This document shows positions 10,528-20,199 of a stretch of 35,382 nt of DNA, in pieces. Position numbers and translations under genes: made by a program. This DNA is from Barthelona sp. PAP020 (taxonomy: Eukaryota). Location of the stretch: NCBI GenBank assembly GCA_040182905.1, contig JARQWU010000001.1:62001-97382 (forward strand), given 5' to 3'. The first letter of the stretch is position 1; the number at the start of each line of letters is the position of its first letter. The notes under the pieces were generated by a model. That model was not told the origin of the DNA, ran no database searches, and worked only from the letters and a program-made list of their open reading frames with translations.

Positions 10528-10605
10528 CTTTATAAATAGTCATTGTCACCTTTTGTATTTCCTTCTTTTATGTAACAAAACGAAAAATAAAAAATAAAAT
10601 AAACT

Positions 10606-11427
10606 TTATGGAGAAGACAAGTTCAACTCAATGAAAAAATAGTGGTCTGTCATTGCAGTTAAGATTTCTGGTTCGATAATCCAAATAAGATTTTCATGGT
10701 TGTATGAATTAAGCAAATCAGTCATACAATCATATTGAACAATAAAACCCTCATTTTTAAATAAATCAACATATGCCTCAATTGAATTATGGGTGGTGGA
10801 CAATTTTAAAGGAGTATCTGAAAGCTCGAAATTTTTGATCATTGTTTTTCCAAATATATCATCTCCAGGGATTGGGTCAAATATTATGGCGCTGAAATTA
10901 CCATTTCCCTCAATTTTTGCTTTCAAAGAAATCAGAGTGGAAAATACTTCTTCAATGTCTAAATAGCATAAAACAACTTCAAAAATGACTAAAGTTGGAC
11001 AATTTAATGCAGGAATATCATTAAAATTAGATACAAGAGAATATCCAACTGCAGCTAATTGCTCATAATCAAATCCACTTTTGAATAAAACATCCTCCTT
11101 GAATTGAACAAAAGATTCACGCTCTATTTCAATAAAACTCAAAGGTTCTTTTATTAAATCAAAAAATAATGTGTCAAAACCCGCGCCAAACGAAATAATT
11201 CTGCATTTCCCATCATACTTTTGAATAAATTCATTTACTTTATCAAATATGCGTTTTTTTCTCACATAAGTTCCCTTTAAAGCCTCTGGTGAGAACATCC
11301 AATCCATATCAGGAACATTTTTCGAAATTGTTTTAATTGCATCAGAATTCCACACTTTCATTGTATTTAATCGATTCAAAACATGAATAGTATGTGCAGC
11401 GGTTTCTCCTAAAGCATCTAATTTCAT
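10606..11427 (-). CDS. LCMT1: Leucine carboxyl methyltransferase (LCMT1/Ppm1-like)
   Basis: GTYVR, the SAM-binding motif IISFGAGFDTLFF, LVIFEVVLCYL and DDIFGKTMIKNF. Confidence 0.85.
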   Translation of the reverse strand: MKLDALGETAAHTIHVLNRLNTMKVWNSDAIKTISKNVPDMDWMFSPEALKGTYVRKKRIFDKVNEFIQKYDGKCRIISFGAGFDTLFFDLIKEPLSFIEIERESFVQFKEDVLFKSGFDYEQLAAVGYSLVSNFNDIPALNCPTLVIFEVVLCYLDIEEVFSTLISLKAKIEGNGNFSAIIFDPIPGDDIFGKTMIKNFELSDTPLKLSTTHNSIEAYVDLFKNEGFIVQYDCMTDLLNSYNHENLIWIIEPEILTAMTDHYFFIELNLSSP

Positions 11428-11449
11428 TAAACTTTAAAATAAACAACAA

Positions 11450-12160
11450 TTAAAAAAAAGAAGGGAATTTATTGAACTTGTCGTGAGACTCTTTCAATTT
11501 TTTTTCTGTTGTAGCAGTATTTACAAATTTGTGAGCTATACGTTTCTTCGAAAGAGGTGGTCTTGAAATTTTAACTTTTCGATCTCTTTCTTTCTTTTTA
11601 ATTTTTTCAAAAGTAAAATTATTCTTATCTTTGTTATTATTCGGTTTTACATGATAATGATAATTAGGAGCAGATTTAGATTTAAAAATTTCTGTTTCAA
11701 TATTGTGCTGTTTTTTTTCTATATTTGTCATTAATTTCTCAATTTGTGGTAAATTCACAGAAATTTTCTCTGCTTTTGATGGAATATGGGTTGGTAATGA
11801 TTGAGGACATGATTGATAGTGTTCCAAAGGTATAAATCCTGAATTAGAATATGAGCCCTTGGGTGTTTGTACTATTTGAATAAAGGAAGTAGATTTATCA
11901 GAATTATCAAAGGCACGTCGGTGATTGAGGTTGGAGCTCAGACAATTCATTCTACAATCAAGTATATATTGTGCTTCGTCAATATATGATCTTATTGCAA
12001 TCGGCGTTGTACTTTTTAGATTAGAACAACTCAAATTATTCATTGGATAGAGGGAACTGACGTTAAGAAAGGGATTTAGCCCTTTTTTTATTGGTGGTAC
12101 CTTTTTCGTTTCTCTTTTTCGTTTTTTAGTTAAATTTTCATCAAACAATTGTTCATTCAT
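11450..12160 (-). CDS. Hypothetical basic, low-complexity protein
   Basis: Long ORF. The likely start is the ATG at 12160 (MNEQLFDENLTKKRKRE, NLS-like), because the track's longer version overlaps the Hsp70 5' end. Confidence 0.6.
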   Translation of the reverse strand: MNEQLFDENLTKKRKRETKKVPPIKKGLNPFLNVSSLYPMNNLSCSNLKSTTPIAIRSYIDEAQYILDCRMNCLSSNLNHRRAFDNSDKSTSFIQIVQTPKGSYSNSGFIPLEHYQSCPQSLPTHIPSKAEKISVNLPQIEKLMTNIEKKQHNIETEIFKSKSAPNYHYHVKPNNNKDKNNFTFEKIKKKERDRKVKISRPPLSKKRIAHKFVNTATTEKKLKESHDKFNKFPSFF

Positions 12161-12209
12161 AAACAAAAAAAAGATCTTTTTGATATTTTTTTTTCCGTTT
12201 GTCATTAAA

Positions 12210-13820
12210 GTGTTGAAATCCATTAAAACAATCCAAAACAACAATATCACTAGGTTATTTAGACTTATTTCGAATTCAATTATTGGTATAGATCTTGGTA
12301 CAAGTAATTCGTGTGTTGCAGTTATGGAAAACGGTGTTCCAGTTGTAATAACGAATTCGGAAGGGGACAGAACTACCCCTTCCGTTATATCTTATTTGGA
12401 AAATGATATCGAAGTTGGTTCAGCTGCTTTAAAATCATCTAGTCTTAATCCCAAACAAACTTTTTATGGTGTAAAACGATTGATTGGTCGTAGGTTTGAT
12501 GATCCTTTGACATCTAAATTTTCGTCCACCGTCAGTTTTGATGTTATTCCTGGTCCAAATCAGGATGCATGGTTAAACGTTAATAACTCTGCTATAGCAC
12601 CATGCGAAATTTCTTCTGAAGTGCTAAAGAAACTTAAACATGCAGCTGAGGATCATATTGGGGACAAGATCGAAAGAGCTGTTATTACTGTTCCTGCTTA
12701 CTTTAATGATGCACAAAGACAAGCAACGAGAGATGCAGGTACTCTAGCAGGGTTAAAAGTTGAGCGAATCATTAATGAACCCACTGCAGCAAGTCTTTCC
12801 TTTGGAATTCGTGATGTTAATAAAAGAGTAGCTGTTTTTGACTTAGGTGGTGGTACCTTTGATATTTCCATTTTACAAATCTCTGATGATGGTGTTTTTC
12901 AAGTTTTAGCTACCAATGGTGATACTTTTTTGGGAGGAAACGATTTTGACGATCTTTTGTGTTCTGTTTTTGCAGAAGAATTCAAGGATGAACATGGAAT
13001 TGATATTTTGGTGGATCCAATGGCTGTATCAAGATTAAGAGAAGCTGTTGAGCAGGCAAAAAAAGAATTATCATTCAAGCAAACCAGTACCATTTCCATT
13101 CCTTTCATTTCTTCAAAAAATGGTCAGCCAATACATTTTTCAAGGTTGCTATCGAGAACGGAATTTGATACATTAACATCAAAAATTATTGATAGACTTC
13201 GTAAGCCTTGTGAAGCAGCACTCAGTGATGCTCACTTGACGAAAAAAGATATTGATGATGTGTTGCTTGTTGGTGGAATGACTCGTGTTCCTGCGGTGAA
13301 AAAAATGGTTGAGCAAGTATTTGGACAAGTTCCTTCCGTTGTAATGAATCCAGATGAATGTGTTGCCATTGGTGCTGCCATTCAAGGAGGAATAATTAAT
13401 GGAGAAACGGAAGAAATGTTATTACTGGATCTCACCCCTTTGAGTTTGGGGGTTGAGGTTGATGGTGGGATGATGGCCAGATTAATTCCTAGAAATACCA
13501 CACTACCAACACACGCATCTCAAATGTTTACTACTGTTCAAGACAATCAAACCACAGTTACTGTGAATGTTCTTCAAGGGGAACAACAATCAGCAATTGA
13601 TAACATGAAGCTTGGTTCGTTTGAATTGGTTGGAATACCACCAGCACCAAAAGGTGTGGCACAAATTGAAGTATCTTTTGATATTGATGCAAATGGTATT
13701 GTAAATGTTACTGCTCGTGATGTTACAACTGGAAATGAACAAGCTATTGTTGTTAAGGCTTCAGGTGGTTTGTCCAAACAGGAATTAGATGAGATTGTTA
13801 AAAAGCATGTAAAGCTGTAG
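12210..13820 (+). CDS. HSP70: Mitochondrial-type (DnaK-like) Hsp70 with putative presequence, non-ATG start and no lid domain
   Basis: IIGIDLGTSNSCVA, NSEGDRTTPS, NQDAWL (mitochondrial/proteobacterial GDAWV-like signature), TVPAYFNDAQRQAT, DLGGGTFDISIL, ATNGDTFLGG and IEVSFDIDANGIV. The start at GTG 12210 is inferred. Confidence 0.85.
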   Translation: MLKSIKTIQNNNITRLFRLISNSIIGIDLGTSNSCVAVMENGVPVVITNSEGDRTTPSVISYLENDIEVGSAALKSSSLNPKQTFYGVKRLIGRRFDDPLTSKFSSTVSFDVIPGPNQDAWLNVNNSAIAPCEISSEVLKKLKHAAEDHIGDKIERAVITVPAYFNDAQRQATRDAGTLAGLKVERIINEPTAASLSFGIRDVNKRVAVFDLGGGTFDISILQISDDGVFQVLATNGDTFLGGNDFDDLLCSVFAEEFKDEHGIDILVDPMAVSRLREAVEQAKKELSFKQTSTISIPFISSKNGQPIHFSRLLSRTEFDTLTSKIIDRLRKPCEAALSDAHLTKKDIDDVLLVGGMTRVPAVKKMVEQVFGQVPSVVMNPDECVAIGAAIQGGIINGETEEMLLLDLTPLSLGVEVDGGMMARLIPRNTTLPTHASQMFTTVQDNQTTVTVNVLQGEQQSAIDNMKLGSFELVGIPPAPKGVAQIEVSFDIDANGIVNVTARDVTTGNEQAIVVKASGGLSKQELDEIVKKHVKL

Positions 13821-14115
13821 TTATTTTGTGTTTTTTATTGTGTATACCATTGTTAGATTAGTTTTTTTAAAATTGTATTGCTTCAGTTCTTAAGTTTATT
13901 CTAAACACTCAGTGTATTTAATAAGCTCGAAATGGAGAAATTTGCAATGTTCAAAATGGTGTTGCATAAAAGTTCATCTCAAAGTTTTTTTTGTTTGTTG
14001 GTATTTTATGTGATCAACAGTTTCTTTTTTTCTATTTGATAAAATTAACATGTATTTTTCATTGGGGACAAAAAACAACAAGTTCATTCTTGTCATTTTA
14101 TATTTTTTTTCGAGA

Positions 14116-15563
14116 ATGAGCAGAGTTATTAATTATCAGACAGTTCATGCTGTTAATGGTCCATTGTTGATATTAGATAATGTGAAAGTATAACGAATAC
14201 ATTTGAAATGTTCTAACTCAATTAGTTTCCTTCATATAACGAGGTTGTTACAGTCACTTTGCCAAATGGTCGTACCTGTAAAGGACAAGTTTTATCTGTT
14301 TCGGGACAACAGGCTGTTGTTCAAGTGTTTCAAGGTACTTCTGGTATTGATACAAAAGCCACAAGAGTTGAATTTTCTGGAGATACTTTTAAATTAGGTG
14401 TTTCTCCTGAAATGCTTGGTCGAGTCATGAATGGTTTAGGAGATCCTATTGATAAAGGTCCTCCTATTATGCCTCATGAATACCGTGATATTGATGGTGC
14501 TGCTATTAATCCTGTTGCCAGAGTTTATCCTGCAGAAACCATTCAAACAGGTATTTCTGCTATTGATATCATGAATTCAATTGCTAGAGGACAAAAGATA
14601 CCTTTATTTACTGGTTCAGGTTTACCTCATGATACTATTGCAGCTCAAATTGTTAGACAAGCTTCTTTGGTTCAAAAGCCTGGGTCAAATCCTTCAGAAG
14701 CTATTGGTGATGATTTCGCCATTGTTTTTGCTGCTATGGGTGTATCCAATGAAACCGCTAGATATTTTATTCAGGATTTTGAAAAATCTGGTGCTCGTGA
14801 CAGAACAGTTTTGTTTTTAAATGTTGCATCTGATCCTACTATTGAACGTATCATCACTCCTCGTTTAGCTTGTACAACGGCTGAATATTTGGCATTTACA
14901 CTGAATAAGCATGTTTTAGTTGTGTTGACAGATATGTTCAATTATTGTGGTGCTCTTCGTGAAATTTCTGTTGCAAAAGAAGAAATTCCCGCCAGACAAT
15001 CATACCCAGGGTATATGTATACTGATTTAGCTTCTATTTATGAACGTGCTGGTAGAGTTGAAGGATCTACAGGTTCAATTACTCAAATACCCATTATTAC
15101 AATGCCTTCTGATGATATTACACACCCTATTCCTGATTTATCAGGATATTCCACAGAAGGTCAAATATTTATTGACAGAAAGATTCATAATCAGCACATT
15201 TATCCTCCAATTAATGTTTTACCTTCACTTTCAAGACTAATGAAAGCTGCTATTAAGGAAGGTACTAGACATGACCATGCCAGTGTTTCTTCTCAATTGT
15301 ACGCTGCATATGCAACAGCAAAGGATGTTATGGATATGAAAGCTATTGTTGGTGATGACGCTTTGACAGAAGACGACAAAGTTTATTTAGAATTCCTTGA
15401 TAGATTTGAAAGCACCTTCTTGACTCAAGGACCTGAAGAAAATCGTAGCATTTTCCAGAGTTTAGATATCGCTTGGGATGTTTTGAGAACATTACCAAGA
15501 AGATTGTTGAAACGTATTCCAAATGATATTTTAGATGAGTTTTACACTCCAACTTTACTTTGA
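14116..15563 (+). CDS. VMA2: V-type ATPase subunit B; join(14116..14187,14226..15563)
   Basis: Exon 1 [24 protein letters not shown] splices in frame to [15 protein letters not shown]. Motifs [37 protein letters not shown] and [14 protein letters not shown] are present. Confidence 0.95.
14188..14225 (+). other. Spliceosomal intron, 38 nt, phase 0
   Basis: GTATAA...TTCTAAC-TCAATTAG. Removing it removes an in-frame TAA and restores the conserved V-ATPase B N-terminus. Confidence 0.9.
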
Positions 15564-15691
15564 TTTTGCCTTTCTGTTTGTTGTCATAAATTATGAAATT
15601 ATTTTTTCAATCGGTTTTTTTTTTACGAACTTTTAACATTTTTTGTTTACAGGTCCATTTGTTAATATTTATATTTTGATTCCCTTTAGTT

Positions 15692-16087
15692 ATGGTAAAT
15701 CCACCTGTAATACCCCCACGAAAAACAAATATACCACTTGATTTGTACAAAAGAACAAATTTACCCACATCAATTTCGAAAAAACAATCTTTATGGGATT
15801 TTCCTTCCAATCTACCGGATGTTCCCATTGATTTACTTGATCATGTTAAAAATTGCACTGTTTCTGTTGTATATCCTAGTGCTTCTGCAATTACTTCCAG
15901 TTTTCAATCAGATAGTACTTTTGAAGGTGATCAAAACAAGGCAAAGCAATTAATAGTTGAAATAAACAAAAGAATATCCGTTTTGGAAAGAAAACGTGAT
16001 TTATTGGTCAATAGTTTGAGTTCAAATGACCCAAAACAATTATATTCGATTATTGAAAAAGTTGAAAAAGAATTAAACTTCAAATAA
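15692..16087 (+). CDS. Hypothetical protein with a C-terminal coiled coil
   Basis: 131-aa ATG ORF occupying the interval between V-ATPase B and the MAPK; no family recognised. Confidence 0.6.
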   Translation: MVNPPVIPPRKTNIPLDLYKRTNLPTSISKKQSLWDFPSNLPDVPIDLLDHVKNCTVSVVYPSASAITSSFQSDSTFEGDQNKAKQLIVEINKRISVLERKRDLLVNSLSSNDPKQLYSIIEKVEKELNFK

Positions 16088-16269
16088 CAATTGTAAAAAA
16101 ATATTTTTAATTTTGTTTTATTTTTTAAATGGAGATATTTCCATTCTTTTAAGGGAGAATTGATGGAATGTAGTAAAAGAATTAAAAATAGTTTATTAAA
16201 TTGAAAATTGGAATCGGAAAGAATATTATTCAATGAAAGGAGAATTCAAAAATATTTTTTTTTTTCATA

Positions 16270-17409
16270 ATGAAGACCTGGAATCTTGGAGGAACTGAGT
16301 TTGTTTTGCCAGACGAATATGAAATCTTAAAAATTCGAGGTCATGGTGCTTATGGTATTGTTGCTGCCATTGAAAACACAAAAACCGGACAAAAATTGGC
16401 GGTGAAAAAAGTTAATGATATATTTAAGAATAGCACAGATGCAAGGAGAGCATATCGTGAGATGCGATTTTATTCAGAATTGAGACATCACAATATTTTA
16501 CATTGTGTTGATATTTTGGCTCCAACTGATTATTTAAATTTTGAAGATGTTTATTTATTAACTCCTTTAATGGATACAGACATGCATAAAATTATTAGTT
16601 CTAAACAACCATTGTCTGAACAGCATATTAAGTATTTCATATGGCAGTTGTTATGTGCTTTGAAATATTTGCATTCCAAAAATGTTGTACATCGAGATTT
16701 AAAGCCTGGAAACCTATTATTGATGAAGAATTGCGATTTGAAGCTTTGCGATTTTGGGTTGGCAAGAGTTGTTACTGAATCCACTCAAGGGGATTTTTTA
16801 ACTCAATATGTTGCAACTAGATGGTATAGAGCTCCTGAAATTATACTATCTTGGGAAAAATATACAAAAGCAGTTGATATGTGGTCTGTTGGGTGTATCT
16901 TAGCAGAATTACTGATGCAAAAACCTCTTTTCATGGGAAAAGACTACATGGATCAAATTAAGAAGATTGTTTCATTTTTAGGGAATCCAAGTGGAGAAGA
17001 TATGTTAAAAATCAAATCCGACGCCGCATTAGCGTTTTTAAGAAGATTACCTAGATCTGATGGAGTTGATTTCAGAGAATATTTTCCAAATGCATCTGAA
17101 GAAGCAATTGATTTCTTAAAATGTTTGTTGGTCTTTAATCCCGACAAGAGAGCTACTGTGGAAGATGCTTTGGAACATCCTTTCATGGAACTATATCACA
17201 ATGCTGAATATGAATACTCATCCACAAAACCTTTTGAACATGACAACTTAGTCGTTGAAGTTGCTGATTCAACAGAAGATGATTCAGCTGTTATTCGCAG
17301 GGAAATTTTGAAAGTGATTGCTTATTATCATCCTGAAATTAAACCAGATCTTGAAAACTTGTACAACAACAGAGAAGTCATGAAAAATAATTCAAGTATG
17401 GAACAATAG
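16270..17409 (+). CDS. ERK-type mitogen-activated protein kinase (TQY activation loop)
   Basis: GHGAYGIV, AVKK, HRDLKPGN, CDFGLAR and LTQYVATRWYRAPE. Confidence 0.95.
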   Translation: MKTWNLGGTEFVLPDEYEILKIRGHGAYGIVAAIENTKTGQKLAVKKVNDIFKNSTDARRAYREMRFYSELRHHNILHCVDILAPTDYLNFEDVYLLTPLMDTDMHKIISSKQPLSEQHIKYFIWQLLCALKYLHSKNVVHRDLKPGNLLLMKNCDLKLCDFGLARVVTESTQGDFLTQYVATRWYRAPEIILSWEKYTKAVDMWSVGCILAELLMQKPLFMGKDYMDQIKKIVSFLGNPSGEDMLKIKSDAALAFLRRLPRSDGVDFREYFPNASEEAIDFLKCLLVFNPDKRATVEDALEHPFMELYHNAEYEYSSTKPFEHDNLVVEVADSTEDDSAVIRREILKVIAYYHPEIKPDLENLYNNREVMKNNSSMEQ

Positions 17410-17520
17410 CAATTTATCAGACAATAAATTTTCAATAAAGCCGCAAAATTTCTTTTTTTTAATCAAAAAAAAAATCTATTGCTATCTTTTATCAAACAAT
17501 TTGATTCAACAAAAATCACA

Positions 17521-18417
17521 TTATTGAGATTTTTGAAGACGATATTGGTAATAACTAAGCTTTTGAGCAACACGTCCCTTACGTTGAGCATTGGTACGAC
17601 GAGTAGGACGACCCTTTTCAGGAACCCATTGTCCCTTAGTGGACTTGGGTAAAGGTGAAGGATCATTAATGATGTTTTCATGAATAGTGGTGAACATATC
17701 TTCAATAGTTTCGGCATCAATACCAGCCTTGATATAGCGAGAGAATTGTTTTTGATATCCAGTGGGATTTTCTTCAGCCAACTTTTCCATAATAGAACCA
17801 ACATTGTTACCAGTAATGTAATCATAGAGAACTTCAGCATCAACAGACTTTTCTTCCTTGTTATAACCAGGGAAATTCTTATAACTGTGGGGAATATCGA
17901 TTCCACCATCAACAGCACCCTTTAAGGCGGCGAAAACACGAGCACCAACGGTGGTACGACGAAGACCAACATCGAGATAAGCCTTGAAAGGACGAGGACC
18001 TTCTTCAGCTTCTTGAACGGCATATTCATCACCAACTTCAGTGTTAGCTTCATAATGTTCGTCAAGTTTGAATTTTTGTAAAAGACGACGAGCACAAAGA
18101 AGACCAGTGGCGTAACAGACAGCCCAGTTAGTGGAAGGAACCTTCAAACCATAGCGTTCAAGTTCATGACCATAGGCAGCACAAATGACTTCATCACCCT
18201 TGGGGTTGAGTTGAGCGGAAATAATTTGACAAATAACATCCTTGTTGGTGATACGAACACAGAAACGATATTTGGGGGTGTTGTAAAGAGTCTTAGATTG
18301 AGAAATTAAAGAATGACGTTGTTGATAATCAGTCTTTCCTTCACGACGACGACGGAACTTAACTTGGAAGCGCTTGAAATAAGCTTTAGACTTAACGACC
18401 TTAACAAAGGAAACCAT
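17521..18417 (-). CDS. RPL5: 60S ribosomal protein L5 (uL18)
   Basis: FVKVVKSKAYFKRFQVKFRRRREGKTDY and GARVFAALKGAVDGGIDIPHS; strong high-expression codon bias. Confidence 0.98.
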   Translation of the reverse strand: MVSFVKVVKSKAYFKRFQVKFRRRREGKTDYQQRHSLISQSKTLYNTPKYRFCVRITNKDVICQIISAQLNPKGDEVICAAYGHELERYGLKVPSTNWAVCYATGLLCARRLLQKFKLDEHYEANTEVGDEYAVQEAEEGPRPFKAYLDVGLRRTTVGARVFAALKGAVDGGIDIPHSYKNFPGYNKEEKSVDAEVLYDYITGNNVGSIMEKLAEENPTGYQKQFSRYIKAGIDAETIEDMFTTIHENIINDPSPLPKSTKGQWVPEKGRPTRRTNAQRKGRVAQKLSYYQYRLQKSQ

Positions 18418-18509
18418 ATGTTTGAGTTTAGATAAACAAAAAAATTATCTGAAATGAAAAATTCTTTCCAATAAAACATTTGGAAATTTTTTATTTTTAA
18501 TCAATACAT

Positions 18510-19256
18510 ATGGCACCTCCAAAATTTAAGAGTTTATTTGCCAATAAGGCTAAAAAGAAAACAACTGAGACTGAAGAAGCTCAAACAACAGGCGATGCAT
18601 TTATTTCCAGAAAATACGAAACAAAGATTAGCCTCAATAAAGTTGAATCTAAGTCTGGTGAAGAAGGAATGGATGTATTATTCTTACAACATTCTAAATT
18701 ATATCGTTGGGATGAGGAAACAAAATCTTGGCATGAAAGAGGAGAAGGTAAGTCTAAAATCTTGCGTTCTCCCGAAGGAAACACTTATCATTATTTACTT
18801 AGACGTGATGTTACCAGAAAGATTGCTTCTAATCATCTTATTGTTTCTCCAATGCAAATCAAATTCCACCCCAAAAGCGAAAAAATGCTTTTATGGACTG
18901 CAAATGATACTTCTGATGGTGAAGTTAAGACAGAGCGTTATTTATTAAGATTCAAAGAAGATGATTTTTCTCATTCTTTTAAAAATATATTTGAAGCAAT
19001 TGTTAATGGCAACGGAATGGAATTGCCAATTGTTACACCTGTTGAGTCCACCACAAATAAAGCCAAAGTTGTTGAAAAATCAATTGAAAAGAAAGACACT
19101 CAACCTGCCGATTTAAGCAGTATTGAAGCAAAGATTGAAGCCCAACCTGAACCAACCATTGAAGATACACAAAAAGTTGAAAAAGCTTCTGAAAAAATAG
19201 AAGAAACTGCCGAAAAAATTGAAACACAACCTGAACCTGTTGTCAACACTGAATAA
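18510..19256 (+). CDS. RANBP1: Ran-binding domain protein (RanBP1/Yrb1-like)
   Basis: SGEE...LF..HSKLYRWD....WHERGEG...L.RRDVTRKIASNH. The acidic tail has a duplicated KIE(A/T)QPEP. Confidence 0.85.
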   Translation: MAPPKFKSLFANKAKKKTTETEEAQTTGDAFISRKYETKISLNKVESKSGEEGMDVLFLQHSKLYRWDEETKSWHERGEGKSKILRSPEGNTYHYLLRRDVTRKIASNHLIVSPMQIKFHPKSEKMLLWTANDTSDGEVKTERYLLRFKEDDFSHSFKNIFEAIVNGNGMELPIVTPVESTTNKAKVVEKSIEKKDTQPADLSSIEAKIEAQPEPTIEDTQKVEKASEKIEETAEKIETQPEPVVNTE

Positions 19257-19340
19257 TGATGTTGACATTCGTCATAAACGATTTCCATTTTCTTTGTAAT
19301 TTTTTTTTCAATTGTTTTATTGTTATTTTGATGTTATGAA

Positions 19341-19952
19341 ATGAACACAACTAAATCCATACTTGGAATCGTTGAAAAGAATAATGACAGTTCGGTTTAT
19401 GTTGGTAATTTAGATCCGAATGTGACTGAAGAATTATTGTGGGAATTAATGATTCAAGTTGGTCCTGTTCAATCCGTTCGTATTCATAGAGATCCTGTTA
19501 CAAATGAAAAGGCAGATTTTGGTTTTGTAACTTTTCAAACACCACAAGATGCTGAGTATTCAATGTTAATAATGAAAGATATTAAGATATATGGTAAACC
19601 ATTGCGAATGAATTGGTCTGAAAAAGAAACAACTGAAATTGCTCCCACAGCTAAATTGTTCATTGGAAATTTGTCTGCTGAAGTTGATGAAGAGTTGCTT
19701 GATCAAATTTTTTCAAACTTTGGTAATTTAGTGCAAGATTCTTTCATTGTAAGAGATGTGGAAACAAATGAATCAAAAGGTCATGGTTTTGTGTTTTATG
19801 ATGATTTCATTTGTGCAGATAGAGCCATTGAAAAAATGAATGGTCAATATGTGCGAGGCCAAGAAATTATTGTGGAGTATGCTTTCAAAGACGATAAAAA
19901 AAGTATAAGACATGGTAGTGCTGCAGAAAGATTCTTAGCTAGTAGAAAATAG
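19341..19952 (+). CDS. SF3B4: Splicing factor 3B subunit 4 (SAP49/Hsh49), two RRMs
   Basis: VYVGNLDPNVTEELLWELMIQVGPV, KLFIGNL..EVDE and the terminal YAFK...RHGSAAERFLA. Confidence 0.93.
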   Translation: MNTTKSILGIVEKNNDSSVYVGNLDPNVTEELLWELMIQVGPVQSVRIHRDPVTNEKADFGFVTFQTPQDAEYSMLIMKDIKIYGKPLRMNWSEKETTEIAPTAKLFIGNLSAEVDEELLDQIFSNFGNLVQDSFIVRDVETNESKGHGFVFYDDFICADRAIEKMNGQYVRGQEIIVEYAFKDDKKSIRHGSAAERFLASRK

Positions 19953-20199
19953 TTGCAATAAAATCAATATTTCCTTTTTTTTTTTTTTTCACGTTTGTCC
20001 TCATAAAAAACAAGCAATGCCAATTTCTTTCCAAATAAGGCAAAGATCAAGCAAATTTAAACTTCCATCTGATATAAAGAATAACCCGACACTGTTTGGG
20101 TCACTATGTGAAGTATTTTACAATTATGAAAGTAAATATTTTATCATCAAAATTTAACAAAAGAGATTTTTTTTTTTTACAAGTCAATAGCATCATTAT

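Noticed and set aside
13818..13912. TAG reassignment or an intron extending Hsp70 beyond its stop
   Set aside because: TAG ends other genes at their expected C-termini (hydrogenase, SF3B4), and downstream frames do not resemble an Hsp70 lid.
15790..15845. NLPDVPIDLLD resembling the Paf1 N-terminus
   Set aside because: The similarity is too short, and the protein is far smaller than Paf1.
20017..20190. 46-codon ATG ORF upstream of SNF2 as a possible first exon (putative intron 20113-20190)
   Set aside because: The candidate intron would be twice as long as the other two and lacks a CTAAC branch point. The ATG at 20200 has the usual T-tract context and directly precedes the QLQ domain. Unresolved without cDNA.
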